Of a stretch of 64,000 nucleotides of DNA, positions 39,641 to 54,300 are shown piece after piece. The notes under the pieces were generated by a model that searched no databases, was not told the origin of the DNA, and was given only the letters and a program-made list of their open reading frames with translations. Positions within the stretch are counted from its first letter, which is position 1. Every line of letters starts with the position of its first letter. Both the position numbers and the translations under genes were made by a program. The DNA is taken from assembly GCA_030141605.1 (NCBI GenBank), contig JAQGDQ010000133.1, forward strand, positions 1 through 64,000. Direction: 5' to 3'. This DNA is from Tubiluchus corallicola. Lineage: Eukaryota > Animalia > Priapulida.

Positions 39641-41516
39641 GTTGCATCTAACAATTAATGAGTGCAAGGAAAATGCATTTTTCTAAAATATTGCCTTGTG
39701 TATCCTTCATAGTGAACCATTTAGAGCAGAAATCTTCAAGCAACTTTCAAACATATACACTTAAATATCATTTACTGTAGCTGCTTAAATAGTTGGGATG
39801 ATTATTAATAATTGTGGTTTTAATGTGAATTTTTTTGCAAGTGTACAGCAAAGTGTATGTTACAGCCTTTATGAGCTGTGTCACACACCTTGTAGTACAC
39901 TTACAAAAAAATTTATATTAAGTTTACATGCAACTGAAATAGGAGCATTAGGTTGCTAGTTTTGAGAGCCCACTTGATGCATTGTTTCTAGCTCATCTCT
40001 TAAATCATGGTAGAAAACATTCTTGAAATTTTTGACGTTGAAATTACGAAAATACTGCAAGATTTAGGATGTTGTGCATACTTGTGTAAATTAAGCTACT
40101 GTGATTTTAACTGCAGCATACGAAAACCATAGAAACCCTGAATATTATTATTGTTCTTGTGCAGTTGAATTCATTTGGTGTGTTATGTCTTGCATGATGA
40201 ACATTATGGATTATTTTTATAGTACATTGGAATTTGTAAATATTTTTTGGATTATTGTTTGGATTAAGTTCCTTATTTGGTTTTTATGTTTTTTAGACTT
40301 TAAAAAAAAGATTGTTACCTTTATATCATTGTTATGCACAATTATTGCAAATGCAAATGTCAGCAATTTGATAAGTATTTGCTTTTAGAGAGCTTTGATA
40401 CTAAAATAATTGCAAAGACTCTTTAAATAAGTTAATTAGCTATGATATATCTTCCGTTAATAGTTTGATATTTTCATATGAATCGTTTACAGGAAAAGCC
40501 ATTAGTTCATTAATTGTTCTTTTTTTACTGTGTGTAATTATATTTAAGGCAATGCTAATCTTACTAAAGCTACTATGAACTTAGACTGGATCTATAGCTA
40601 TCAGATTACCTGTAAATTGACTAATTACTGCTTTAATCACTGCATGAGCTAGGCTCGTTAATAGACCAGGAAGGTATGTATTTATTGTCGTCACTTGCTG
40701 AAGACTTGTTCCACTGATGTTCAGCATGTCTATTAGTTATTTATTATGGTTACATTTCCCAGATCGAATCATGCTTTTCTTAATTTTTCTTCATGGTTGT
40801 GCCATCTATAGCGCGTTTTTATTAACTGTATCTTCATTTCAGCATAATCTCCTTGAGTATGTTAATATTAATATTCAACCGTGCAACTAGAATTTTTACT
40901 GAAAAGTACTGCAGTGATGTTCTGTTTGTCCTTTACTTAATTTCTTTAAATTGATTAACAGGTGCTGCAGCACCTTCCTATATAAAAAATATGACCCATT
41001 AATCTCCATTGGCTTGCCTAGGTTAGTTAAAAATGATATGTGATTTGATCTGTTAGTGAGAATAGTAAAGCATGAAAAATTTGTATTAGTTATGTAAAAT
41101 ATTACAAAATTAGTTGCACTTTAACCATTTTTTAAATTCTGTTAGCCTAATAGCTTATTAATTGTTGCAAGAAATATATTTTGTTTACTAAGTTTGTTGT
41201 TGTTATTGTGTTTTTTACCAAAAGATTTCAGAAAATTAGCATTGTAGATTTTACAGGAAGAAGTTTTTAAAGTTGTTAGTAATCGTGTGTGAAGATCCGT
41301 GCCGGAATGTAATATGATTCTAGTTATTTAGTAACGTTTGCACAGGTTTTTGTTGTAAAAGTTACGATTTTTATTGCAGTTTATTGTAATCATCAATAAA
41401 TTAATTGCTCCATGTTCATTGATTTTAAAAATAAAATTTTTCTGAAGTTCAAACAATTCATTTTTATTTATCTGTAGTTTCGCCTCTGTTTAGTGGCTGA
41501 ATGCTCATCACTAGCA

Positions 41517-42168
41517 TTCAGAGATACTCGAAATGCAAATAAACAGTGTACACAAAAGGTCATGGTATAATGAAGTATTTGAGACTGCAAAAATATATAC
41601 CATAGATGCTAATAAAGAAAGGGTGAAGGTCATGAAAAAGTCTGAATGGAAGAAAGAAATAAAGAATAAGATTGAACTTTGTATAAAGAGCGAATGTGCA
41701 GAAAAATGCAGGAGCAGCACTAAATTAAGATTTTTAAGGCATACCGAGTGGAAACGACAAAATTACATAGACACATGCAAGCCAGAAGAGGTTAAAGATA
41801 TATTGAAAATAAGACTGAATATGATTAAAGTTAAGGGGAACTACAAGAATGAGTTTAAGGATCAGTTATTATGCCCAGTGTGTGAGGAAGATTATGACAC
41901 TACTGAACATATGCTTAGATGTTACAGATATGGAGAATGGAAAAAAATTTTGAACTCAGAAGTATTAATGAACAGTGAAAAGGAAGGATTGCTAGAAATT
42001 AGAAATCTAGTGAACGAATGTATGGAATACAGGATAAAGACAAATAAAGACATTAAACTTGGAAAAGACAAATAAAAGATCAGCGTTAAAGAAGAAGAGA
42101 CTTTGCACCCTATAAAGGTGCCCGCCTCGGATAGGTGGAGAGAGTCGAGTATCGCAATCGCAATCGCA
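41517..42168 (+). mobile_element. 5'-truncated non-LTR retrotransposon (LINE) 3' end with open ORF2 C-terminus
   Basis: Frame is open from the junction to 42075 (SWYNEV...KKSEWK...KLRFL...KIRLNMI...CPVC...EHMLRC zinc knuckle). 3' tail (TCGCAA)3; ACTAGCA TSD at 41510-41516 and 42169-42175. Confidence 0.88.
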
Positions 42169-42289
42169 ACTAGCAAATAATAATGGATTTTATTACAGCA
42201 GTAGAGAAGTCAGGATTGGATAACATAATGATTATTAAATTTTTCATTTAGAAGGAAAAATAATTCATTCGCAACCGTACTTTATCCTA

Positions 42290-42364
42290 ATTGTTTATTT
42301 GCTCGCCGCTAGATGACAGCACGCGGTCGGCATCACGCCAGCCCCAAATTCCCATATCCGAAAG
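42290..42364 (+). promoter_or_regulatory. Probable BPHL promoter/5' UTR; CTCF-like motif GCCGCTAGATGACAGCAC at 42305-42322
   Basis: CpG-rich patch immediately upstream of the ATG; the motif is an imperfect match to the CTCF consensus. Confidence 0.35.
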
Positions 42365-45300
42365 ATGTCAACTTTGCTTCGAAAATCTTATACTTACGTA
42401 ATAGCACATAATTTAAATCGGCAGTGCAAACAACTGTTGCGAAATATGGAGACACAAGGCGCAACGGAGAGGTATTTTGATTGTCACTGTTGAAAGATTT
42501 TAACAAAATGTAGAGTTATATCAATGCGGGGATTAAAAAAAGAGACATTTGCAGATAAGTTTAGGGAACGGACATATCCATGAAGTAAAGCAATACAGAT
42601 GTCTGGGAAACTGGATAAACTATCAAACTACCTATGAAATTTCAAATGCAGAAAGACAAAAGAAAAGTAAATTCGTAACGTCATATATAAACAATCTAGC
42701 TAAAGAAAGAAATGTGTGTGTTTATTGAGGAGCAGTAAAACTAAAATTACATGAAACAGTTGCTTTGCCAGCAATACTTAGTTCCTGTGAAACATGCGCA
42801 AACATGACTCCAGGTGATGTAAAAAAACATGAGCAAATCAAAGGTAAAACAGTAAGAAGTATGTATAATTTAATAGGCATAACCCCCTATTGGGGATTAG
42901 TAATGGAAACTAGATTATGGCCAAAGGAACAAAAAATAGACTATATTAAAATGATGTTTTATCGAAACCTTAGTATCCCTGATGAGGAACAATTAGCACT
43001 TAAGTAATACGATACCAATTAAGAAATAATAGGGATCGGTCATGGGTTAATGAGAGCAATTGATAGCTAGAAAATACGATATTGATGTATCAATAGAAAA
43101 CGTATTAACTCAGAAAAAATCAGAATGGAAGAAAAGTGTTAAAGAGAGTAATTACGGGATACATAAACTCAAAATTTTTCATCTTAAAGTAATAGATATC
43201 ACAAAACTAAGATTTTTGCACAATATAGAATGAAAATCTAAAACCTATATTCAGCAGAGTAGCCTGAAAATAACAACAGATCTACTGCATATAAGATTGA
43301 TCATGATAGAAGTCAGATGTAAAATAGGAATAAGTACAAGGATAATATATTACGTCCAATGTGCAAACGAGAAAATTACACAAATGAGCACTTATTTGAA
43401 TGTGAGGAATATCCTATGTGATTTAAAGTGTCAGTAGATGATAATATATGTTGCACATAAACTCCAAAGTGTGGCAAAATATGTTGAAATATGTATGATG
43501 AAGCACAAAAAAATTGATGAAGAGCTGAATTAAAAAGGAAGTCATCAATACAAAAAGAAACATGAAAGTACGATGCCAAAATACAGTGAAATTTGATTTT
43601 GCAAACTATCAACAGTTTTCTCATCTATTGGTGAAGCTGATCTAGTGCAATCACAGGATTACCTCTGCTTGTGCAATGTACACATTCTTAGTGTTTCAGA
43701 AAAGAAAGTGAGCGTAAATGGAGTGGATCTACAATGTTACATAAGAGGAAACGGAAGGCATCCGGTTGTAATGTTGCCTGGAGCATTAGGTATCTGAAAA
43801 ATTTGGTACACTGTAAAATGGCACACTAAAAGGTGCAAACAGAAAAATGGGAGAAAATGACATATTTATAAAATATGTCTTTTGGGTTAGGGTTACTGTT
43901 GGAGATAATTAATTATTTTAATTACTTATTTTGTTTCTGCCAAGGAATTTATGCTTCAATCTCTTTGTTTGGCCGGTTAGATATATAGCAGTAAACCTAT
44001 TGGGCAAAGAACTACCAAAGAGATTTCTACCTTGTGGAAGTGGGTAGGGGACAAGAAAGATGCATTCTGAAGTAAATTCTTGACTGGGGAGGGGATGAAA
44101 CTGTTCAAATAAGTGTTTTTTTGCTCGCTCTTTTTGCACTAAACTGGAGCGAACACCACATACAAAAAAAATATCATGAAACAGTTCGTGGAGGTCTCAG
44201 ACCATTATAACACCTTGTCTTTGGAAAGAGGACTTGGTTACAAGATGAGATAAACTCATTTTTATTATCTCTGCCGGGACAAGCCACTGTGAATTAGTTC
44301 CAGTTCCACTTCGAGAAATTCTCAACATAAATTATGTAACACTGCCTATAATTTTCGCTTTATGTATATAGTTCTATAAGTAGACTTAGTATGAAAATAG
44401 TATATTTGTCAGTCCAAGAAATGTAGACAAACACTGTGTGGAATGTTCGTGCATAGTTTGATTATAATTCTTTTTATTGAACAAAATATTTTGTTAGTCT
44501 AACTAATTTATATTGTGTATAAATTGCCTTCGTTTATCTTTCTTTTATCCTTTCTCTCACCAAGAGAATCAGATTGAACATTTTAGAATTTTTCGACCGT
44601 GTTGGAGATCTGCTTTCTACTCATGGCATTCTAGTTTTATTATAGAAATTATTTGCAGCAAAATAACGTATTTGTCATTTTTTCCTACTTTTCTATTTGC
44701 GCCATTTGTTCCTGTGCCAATTACCTGTGTCAGTTTTACCATGCCATTTTTACCTACATTCAAAAATTTTTATTCAAATTTTAGTTGAAATAAAAATCTA
44801 CATTAAAAGATGAAACAATATATAAGAATATTAATTTCTTGCTGTGAAATGAAGTTGCACTACTGGATTTCAGTGAACTGTGGCATTAAGTTCATCAGTA
44901 AATGAATTCATGTATTCCTTAGGAAACTGTGTAGTTTCATGGCATCGCATTCCATGGCTAAAAATAAGTAATTGTTTGTCTTAATGTAATAACGTAATAT
45001 GAGTTTTGGTGCGTATGTTCATGTATTATTAAGTTTTTGTTGTTGCTTATTATTAAAACTGTTGTTAAATGAGGTGTCATTAAACAACAGCCGTACTGTG
45101 CTATAGATAAAAAGGAATTACAAACTTATTGTAATTCTCCCTTTATAATGCCAGCATCGCTTATCGTCCAAAGTTTTGACAAAACAAAATGTCTATATTG
45201 GCATAGACATGTGTGTATCAATGCACCTTATCATAATGCCAAACATGCTCAATGCAAATTTTATGTGCAGACCCAAACTAAGCACTATAAAGTGGTGTAA

Positions 45301-48300
45301 CTGTAAATCCTATTAAGCATTAAATCTATTAAATTTAGTTAAAATTTTTAGGATCCGGAGCAATGGACTTTGAGCCACAACTGCGGAAGATGAATGCCAA
45401 CTATTTTACTCTTGTGGCGTGGGACCCAAGGGGCTATGGAAATAGCCGACCTCCCAAACGTGACTTTCCCATTGATTTTTTTCACCGTGATGCAAGAGAC
45501 TGCAGGGATTTAATGAAGGTGAGTTTGTCAAATTTAAATTTTATATTTTAGTGGAATTGCTATAAAGCCAAACTGCATTGAGCAGGACTTCTTACAGCAG
45601 TTAGTCAGTACTTCTAGTTATTGAATCTCAGCTAACCAATATAAGTATTTGGTAGTATGGACTCATACCCGATATTAGTTAATAAAAACCTCGATATTTA
45701 GCAAAATTCCAACAATTATTGGCCTATTTTTATCTACCTTAATGCAATACGTGGGTACACTTTCTTCATTGTAATATGGGCTTATTTATTTTCATGTGCA
45801 AATTATGCAAGATGCAAGTTTATTAATTAGTTCTAAGCAATCGCTACTTTTAATAGTTTTCAACTAATCCTAGCATTTGTGAAATGTCGTAATAATTGAG
45901 GTACTCATTCCTCGTGACTGCTATTTGATAAACTTCCATAATACCAAGATAAAATGAAAAGTCTGCATAACTTTAGTTCAGCATTTACAATGGTCATCTG
46001 TTAGAAATGCTTTGAAACATGATATGTAATATCATGAAACAAACTTGTAGCCATGCTGTATGACTGACGGTTCACAGAGAAGAGCTAGCATTTTTGAAAT
46101 TCGTAAAAGTACACCCACTGGCAAAGCACAGACCAAGGGTAAATTAGCCAAAGTGAACAACCAAGCTTTGCTTAAATGCCTTCACTGAGTCTAAAATAAA
46201 ATACAGAATCACTGTTGCATTTTGTCATTTTGCTTGTAAGGCTGACCTTGTGTATCTCATATATTCTCAAAAATAGTCATCGGTAAAAGCAAATCAAAGT
46301 CGAGAAATTAAATTCGTACTTATTTTTCAATTTAATGAAACTTTAATATCAGCATTAAACTAGCAAATTTCGTTGTTGCGTGGAGTATTTTAATTAAGTT
46401 TACTTTTCTTAAACAGCATGTTGCTCATGCATACTGTTATGTATATCATCATAAAGAAAGTAAATAAATTTCGGATCATCAACTTCAGTAAATAAGCCTA
46501 TTTGCAAACAAAATTTGTACTCCTTTTGATATTTAACTCTTTCATTCCACATAGTGTTTGTCTACATTTCTTGCACTGACAAATGTACTATTTTCATACT
46601 AAGTCTACTTATGGAAGTATATACATATATATTTTTTGCAATACTGGATTGTATCAAATTGTTGCCTAAGGTTAAGTTCGGTATAGCATCGAATTTGAAA
46701 AAAAAGCAACATCCAACAACACTAGTACTTGGATTCCATAGGTAGATAATTAATGCTATAATTATTCTGATCCCATTGAACTTTACGACATAAACAGTGC
46801 AATACAACCTCTGATGCCTAATGTCACGTCATTATAGCAGTATAGCCATCTTGTGTTTTATAACTTCATTTTTTACCATGGGAAAATTCTTGATCTTCAG
46901 GCAAGAAAGGGGTTACAGCTTCCAGAGATTCTTCTAGAAGAGTAACTTCTTTAGAATAAACCCTGTCTGCTAAAAGCAACCTGTCTAAAATGCCTGGTGC
47001 GATGAGTAAGTGTCAGCATAAAAACATCATTGCATATTCATTACATTATACTTGGCTAGTTTTCCAGCATCTGGGCTTTCATTATGGCATCACAGCCCTG
47101 TTAAAGTTGCTTTATACAACATTCAGACACAACATAGATAAATTTCAAAGATCATCCAGTCATTAAAATTTAAATAGCTACAACAAAGTGTTTTTTAATG
47201 TCATAATCTTTTCTTATTAATTGTAGAAACTTGGCTTCGACCAATTTTCCGCCCTAGGCTGGAGTGACGGTGGTATTACTGCCATCATCATGGCAGCTTT
47301 ATATCCTAATGATGTTAGCAAGCTGGTGTTGTGGGGAGCCAATTCATACGTCACAGAAAAAGATGTTGCTCTGTTTGAAGGTCAGCGTTAAAAGTTTGAG
47401 GGTAACATACATTAGTTATTATCAGCTCTGTTTCCAGTCTTCTTTCACATTTAATTTCCAAACATATTTGGGAAAATATACGAACTACTGCTGCCTGCTG
47501 TCAAATATGTTTATCTGCTTTGTTATTCGTCATTTTTGGTGACTTTTTTTTGCATTCTGCTGTGTGTTTAGTTTTACCTATACAACATACAGAAGTTTTG
47601 TTTTTTAAATTTGTGCAAAATACCAAGTTTACAAAAATGTCCAAAGCTCTAGGGCACTTTTTCTGTTGTAACTTATGCTAAAACTTGTGTGCCTTGCACT
47701 TGCTTTGCACAATTGTGAATAAGTCCATATATTACAAGACTAGCAGTATTCTTTTGAAGGCTAGTGTAATTAGAAGTTTTATTTACAATTAAAAAAGTAC
47801 ATTTCTAGTAATCAACTTCCTAGTGTAAACTTAAAAGAACTAATTATAGTTTATACGTTTCTACTTCACTACGAATACTGAATAAGGGGTGACTTTTGCA
47901 AGGCTAAATCTGGGAGCACTTCATTGGGTGAAATTATTTTATAAGTAAACTATGAAGATTAATTAGGCAGATTATGATTTTATAGGAGATAAAATGTTAT
48001 AATGATAAATAAAACCACTCATTGCAACAATCTCCTGCGCATTAAATTCTGTATGCCTAGTTTCCATTTAGCTACTACATGTAATAACTTATGTTTGCCA
48101 AAATTACTTCTGTTTCATATAAACAAACACGGTTTTTTTTGCAGCAACCAAAGATGTGAAAAAGTGGAGTGAGCGAATGAGAGCTCCGATGGTGCAAATG
48201 TATGGAGAGGAATATTTTCAAGAGCTCTGGCATGACTGGATTGCTGGGATGCTTCAGTTTAAAGAAAAGCAGAATGGCAATATTTGTAAAGACGAAGCCA

Positions 48301-51300
48301 GTAAAGTAAGATTTGAATTTTACTTATGCTTATTGCTGCAAAATAAATGTTGATTAGCTAATAGCTCCTTGTTATATAAAAGGCTTGTGTTAGGAGATAC
48401 AAATTTAGTAACTTGTTTAAAAACTACTGATGATATTTTCGTTTACAAAAATGTATAACAAAAGGAAGTTGTGGCTTACGGTGAATAATAAGGGAGTGGT
48501 GATCAGAATAATCACATATTAGTCAGAGTTGTGTGACTTTATAGCCCAGCAAACAATAATTGAATATCATATGAATGTCAAGGTTAGATTGTTCCTACAC
48601 ATATTGGTTTTGTTTTCATTCTAGGTGAAATGTCCCACTCTGATTGTGCACGGAGCTAAAGATCCCATGGTGCCACAAGAACATCCAGACTTTCTTCACT
48701 CTACCATACAGGGATCAAAGTAAGTAGGGAGAAATTGGTTGAAATGTCTTTCGGTATCAAGATTGGAGGGCGGTTAACTTTAACATATAGTAGTTCATCT
48801 GTGTCAACAACGCTATGATTCTTATGCCTGTTGCAAAACATTTGCTCATAGGCCCCTGTAGTATATGGTGAAAGTTGAAGATAAACACTTTTAATTGATA
48901 TATTTTGTCATGTGGCATGTGATGCCATCGATTGCAAGAAAACGGAACGATTATGATTAAAGTAAGATAGACCCCCTTTAGTGCATTTTGGCCATTTGAT
49001 AATGCTAGCATACCACTTTTAATAAAGAAATTGTCTAATATCATAATTGTCTTTTAGATGGCATCACCGTCACGAAGGAAATTTTATTTGCTTAACAATA
49101 ATACAGTATTAGGACCAGTGATGTGGTCTCGCCCTCACTGTCCAATTTTCAAGTTTCAATCTTCCTCACTTGTGTGCTATTCTGAGTCCTTTAGTTATAT
49201 TAGTATGTTGAACATACTCTGTAAACAGTCAAAATCAGCGATAATATGACCATTTTTATTCTACAAGTTTCCTGAGCTTTGTTCTGGAAATTTGTAGAAT
49301 AAATATTATCTTTAAATTTTTGCTAATTTTGACCTTTTGGCACTTTTAATAGTTTTAATACTATTAGAAGATGACGTTCAAGTTGTTATACTATAGCACT
49401 ATTCTGTTTTTCATACTCGTGAAATAATAGATTCTGTTTAATGACTGTACAGCAGCTGAAAAGCGTCTTAAATGTGAAGATTATTCCACAAAAATCTGCT
49501 ACCTATTGGGCTTTGGCTTTGGCTTTGTCAACTACACTGGCATCCATACTTTTTAAGTGTGACCATTGTTGTTTAACTTTCAACACGATTCCAGATAATG
49601 TATTATTATGCTGGATATTTAACTGAAGTCTTTCTTAACGAGCTTTGCTAGTGAAATTTGCTACCCTAAATAACTGAAAGCGCAAATGCAAGAGAGTAAA
49701 ATTGTCAGTACCTAGAGGCAAGTTCTAAATAATTGTGTGTTTAGAAAGCTGCATTGTTTTGGAGAACCACTATATAGCAGCTATTATCAATGAAATGAAC
49801 CCGTAAATGTTCATCGACCTTGTATTGACACATTGAAAAGCATAATTGGGTATTTCTACAAAAGCCTATTTTTGAACTACGGTAATGATAAAATAATAAG
49901 CTTTATGATGTATACATATCAGTGTTCTAGTACTCCATATTCAGTCTCGAATCACGTTGTGCTCTAGACTCGGACTCACGTGTCACTGACTCGTTACTTT
50001 ACCTGGACTCTAAATGGTGAAGCACTGACCTGATTAGTGATTCAAGCTGCGTAGACAGTAAAATAAACAATAATGACACGTGTTATAACCAAGTAACTAC
50101 AACCCTCTCATTTATGTTAGCATTTTATTTCAATTCCACATTGGAGCCATTATTCAATGTGTAAAATTTTGTATAACCATGTTTTTACATTATGCCTAAA
50201 GTAAAAATTCTAACAATCTCTAGGTTAGCTGGCTGTGTTTACATTCTATAAAACTTTTCCATGTTATTGTTAAATGTACACTCGACAATGCTACAAAAAT
50301 TCAAAATACATCGTACACAGCTTTTTTAAGCTACTAATTTGTCTACTAATTGAGTGGGCCTTAAATAAAATTGGTTTGTTAGTAAAAACACACTGAGCTC
50401 AGTTTGTCAGATAAAAGCTTATTTGACAATTTTGACACATCTTAGTATTTGTTAAATGTAATAAGTAACTTCCTGTAGATTATAATTAGTATTGCTGATT
50501 GTAATGCCACTTATGTTATAGATACTGTTACAGAAACTTGAGACTCAACTCAACCATAGACATAATGACTCGACACTTGACTCGGACTTGGACATAAGGA
50601 CATGATGAAATGGTTAAGGTCGGGTATTAATAACTTGATAAATAATATTGATGTCACTGACTTAGGTTTATCGTTTAAAATTTAGAAATCTGAAAAAATA
50701 AAACGAGTAAATGAATAAAATTAATAAAACAAAATTAACTCATCTGCATAAACACAATGCAATCGTACTAATACCTAGGTTTTTTCAGTTTTGTAGGTAT
50801 AATGACTTTACCAAGCATAAAATATTTATTTTTTTGGACTTTCTTAGCAAAAATTAGTGGGTAAATGCTAAATTGTTTCTAGTTTACCCTGTTAAATTTA
50901 TATTCAAATTGATTAAAATTCTCCACATTGTGCTGTTTTAAAAATGGTTTTATTTTTTTTGCATTCATCCCGTATATCATACTACAGTGTAGTAGTCAAT
51001 AGACAATGCCGCAAAGTATCTAATAATATTTATACTTTTACATAGCCAGTAGTCCTACATGGCTGTTTTTAAACAGTGGAACTTTAGTCCATGTTTTGAG
51101 TCTAGTCATTTATTACAGATCTGTGTAAACTATGGAAATTTGCATTTTTACTGTGAAGTATAATAATAGGCAAAGTTTTGTTATCCTCTCGCAAAGAAGT
51201 TTCAGCAGGAATATAGTAGTATCGCCTCCGTTCGTGCATCCATATGGTTCGTTCGTCTAGCCATAGTTTCACTATTCGGCTAGTTTCACACCAAGCTATT

Positions 51301-54300
51301 TAGCCAGAAGCCTTCATCTTTTATGTGTATCACCCATCAATAGAGAAATTACCCTATCGATTTTGTTGTCCCAAGGTCAAAGGTCAGGGTCACAAGACCT
51401 GATACATGAAAGCTTGTAGATGCATTTTAAGCCCCAAATAAATTGACCTAAACCTTTCATGATCAACTTTCACATATATGCTGCCCATCAATAGAGGAAG
51501 AACCCTGTTGATCTTTGGTACCAAGTCCAGTGATTAGGGTTAAAGCCTTACAGGACCCAATACTTGAAAAAGCTTATGTGAGCTTTTTATGTCCAAATAA
51601 TTGACTCAGGGCTTTTACCTTTCACATGTACGTCATCCATTACTAAGGGAAGAATCCTGTCGATTTTGGAGTACTGAATGCAAAAGTCAAGGTCACAGGA
51701 CACAGCACTTGAGGAAGCTCGCACACGCATTTTATATTCAAATTGACTGCAAGCTTTTACCTTTCGCATACGTCTCCCATTAATAGAGAAACAACTGCGT
51801 CGATTTTTTTAGCTTGCGATGTCAAATGTCGAAGTTACAAGACTAAATACTTGAAAAAGCTTTTGTGGCCCAGATCTGTGGCGAGGAGGATGCGTTGCCT
51901 GTGTTTAATTCTGTAGTGTAATCACTACATTGACCGCGTTGACTGAATAAGTCAATTTAATAGGTATTAAAACGCTTTACACTTAAGGATTGAAAATCAT
52001 TGAACGACATATGAATTTGTGAAATTCGTCCAACAGCAGTTTTTAAAGATAATTCTCAACAATTCGTTGATAATTTGTAGAGGTAACAGCACTTTTGTAA
52101 TAAAACGGACAGCCAGGCAGACTAAATGAATCGATTTATTACGTATCAGGGCGTTCGCCATGTATTGTGTGTGCACGCTAATACAGTGCTATGACTCAGC
52201 GATGACTTGATCGCGTATTCTGTTCTAAAGCTTCAGCCTCATATTGACGTGCAGCGTTTCCATCATCACATCTATTTATTTTCCTCTGGAGAATTTTATT
52301 ATCATTAAAAGTCTCAGTAGAGCGCACAATCTTTATTTATCTTAAAGAGTAAAACGGATGATGGAGGAATGGTTTGGTTTTGGGGAAGCTAAGATTTGGG
52401 GAATATAATTATGATTATGACCAGGAAAAGTAACTCGGGCAGTTTATCAGCTAAGTGATAATCATCCAAAATAAGCCAGGCAGCGTCATAATAAGTTTTA
52501 GCCTTGTCACTTCAAATTTTAATTTGGCTGAACGGCTAGAACTCATGATGTGTCAACACTGCTTTTTAATGACTTTTCAAGTTCCCTGACAACTCTGAAG
52601 CCGTTCTTAGCACAATTAATCGGCCTAACAGGGACAAAACAATTCCTAAAAACTCGTACCACTCTTTTTTACGTGGTAATTCCTCTTGAGATCGTCATGT
52701 TTTTAGTTCACCTCCTTAAGGGACTAATTATCCTGCACCCGTCAGGCAAATGATGTTTCAACTGCACGTACGCTACTTGCCATAAGCTTCATTTATATTC
52801 CCTGGATCAGTAACGAATGTAGTAAATGATAATATGATCAATTACAGGCTCCAAATAGAATTGAATGCGTGCCATTGACTGAAATTGCAAGATTGTATAA
52901 TGAAAGCTGCATTAATCGCAGGACGGCTACAGCTGGCCTTTAATAATCAAACAGCTACACTTGAAGAGCTCGCATGCTGTAGCTATTGCAAATTTCAGGG
53001 TGGCTAAAAACTTGTTGATTTAATGATCTCAAAAAGCAAATGCACTTAAAAGATTGAATTTGCTGATTTTCTTCTTGAAGCTAGTGTGTAACTAACAAGA
53101 AACAATTTTTTGGCAGAATATTCCCCAGGTAAAAAGCCCGATGGAAAAAACTGGATGTATAAACAGCGCTTTACATTTATGAGTTTCTGGGATAAAAATG
53201 AGAAGCAACAAATTTAGCAGCATTACAAACAAACTGTCTAAATTTAAGAACCAGTGACGCGCAGTTTCTGTCAGCACTTTCCTTAAAAGCAGAAATAAGA
53301 GGCTTAATGTGGCAACAGATTCGATGAGGAAGGGACTGCAGCATTTAAACCCCCGCTCCAAACCTGACCAGACTGACAGTGCCATTTAAACAAACGCGAT
53401 TTGTACGATGACGAAGAGAGCTAGAAATAACAAACTGGGACTCGAGTTGTAGCATCTGTGTTGCGTTAGAAATTTGCAAAAACGCACCAGACGTTGAGAT
53501 TTTTGTGAAATAGTAGATGACTGCTTGCTGTTGGTGAAAATATTTCAAGAAATTTTGCATAATCCACGTTGCTTTGCTAGCTAGTTGGACATCATCAATT
53601 ATACAGGAAATTCGTTTTTCTAAATTTTACGCCCTTACCTGTTATATTATTCACGCCTTTGTTGTCAAGGTGAAACAAGGTGAACATCTAAGCGTTCTTC
53701 TAAAATGGTTATAATAAGGGATGGCAGTTCGTTACTATAATTTTTTTCAATTTTTCAGCCTATATCCACATAATGACTACTACTAATAATTTGTTGTGGC
53801 AGGATCAGAATCTAGCTTATTGTCAAACATGATTCTCTAAGAAGGGACACTGAACTGGGAGCGGTATCATAAACCCGTTTTTGCATATTCTTGGGGAAAA
53901 GTGCACAGCCAAGTGGTCACAGCATTGTCTTTGGAGACTGAAGTTAAGAATAGCACCGAGCCTGGTTAGTAAGTAAATGGGTGGACTGATTTAATACTCG
54001 GTTTTGCCAGGTTCATTTGCTGTACTGATTCTCGCTATTTACCTCGTGGTCATTCTGTATCAGATCACCGAGCAATCTCCAGGTGACCATCACAGATTTG
54101 TTTGAAAATGTTCTCAAACTACCTTCCAATCCCAGAGGTATTTCACCATGTGAGCAACTTATGAAACCATTCAAATTTTCTTACTATAAAGCACACTAAT
54201 GTGTCTGCTTATGGTGCAATTTTCAGCTTTAAGCCAAATCCTTCTGTTTTTTATATTCTGCATCGTCTATTATTACAATATTCGGGTAATTCAGGTTAAG

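Noticed and set aside
41533-42075. 180-aa ORF as a host gene
   Set aside because: It is the C-terminus of a LINE ORF2, bounded by a TSD and a repeat tail.
49057-49249. Alternative last exon of BPHL after ttttag
   Set aside because: The spliced frame lacks the GKHN catalytic His motif; the exon at 56708 completes the enzyme.
53939-53987. 5S rRNA gene
   Set aside because: Only a degenerate internal segment matches and 5S ends are absent; better explained as a SINE head.
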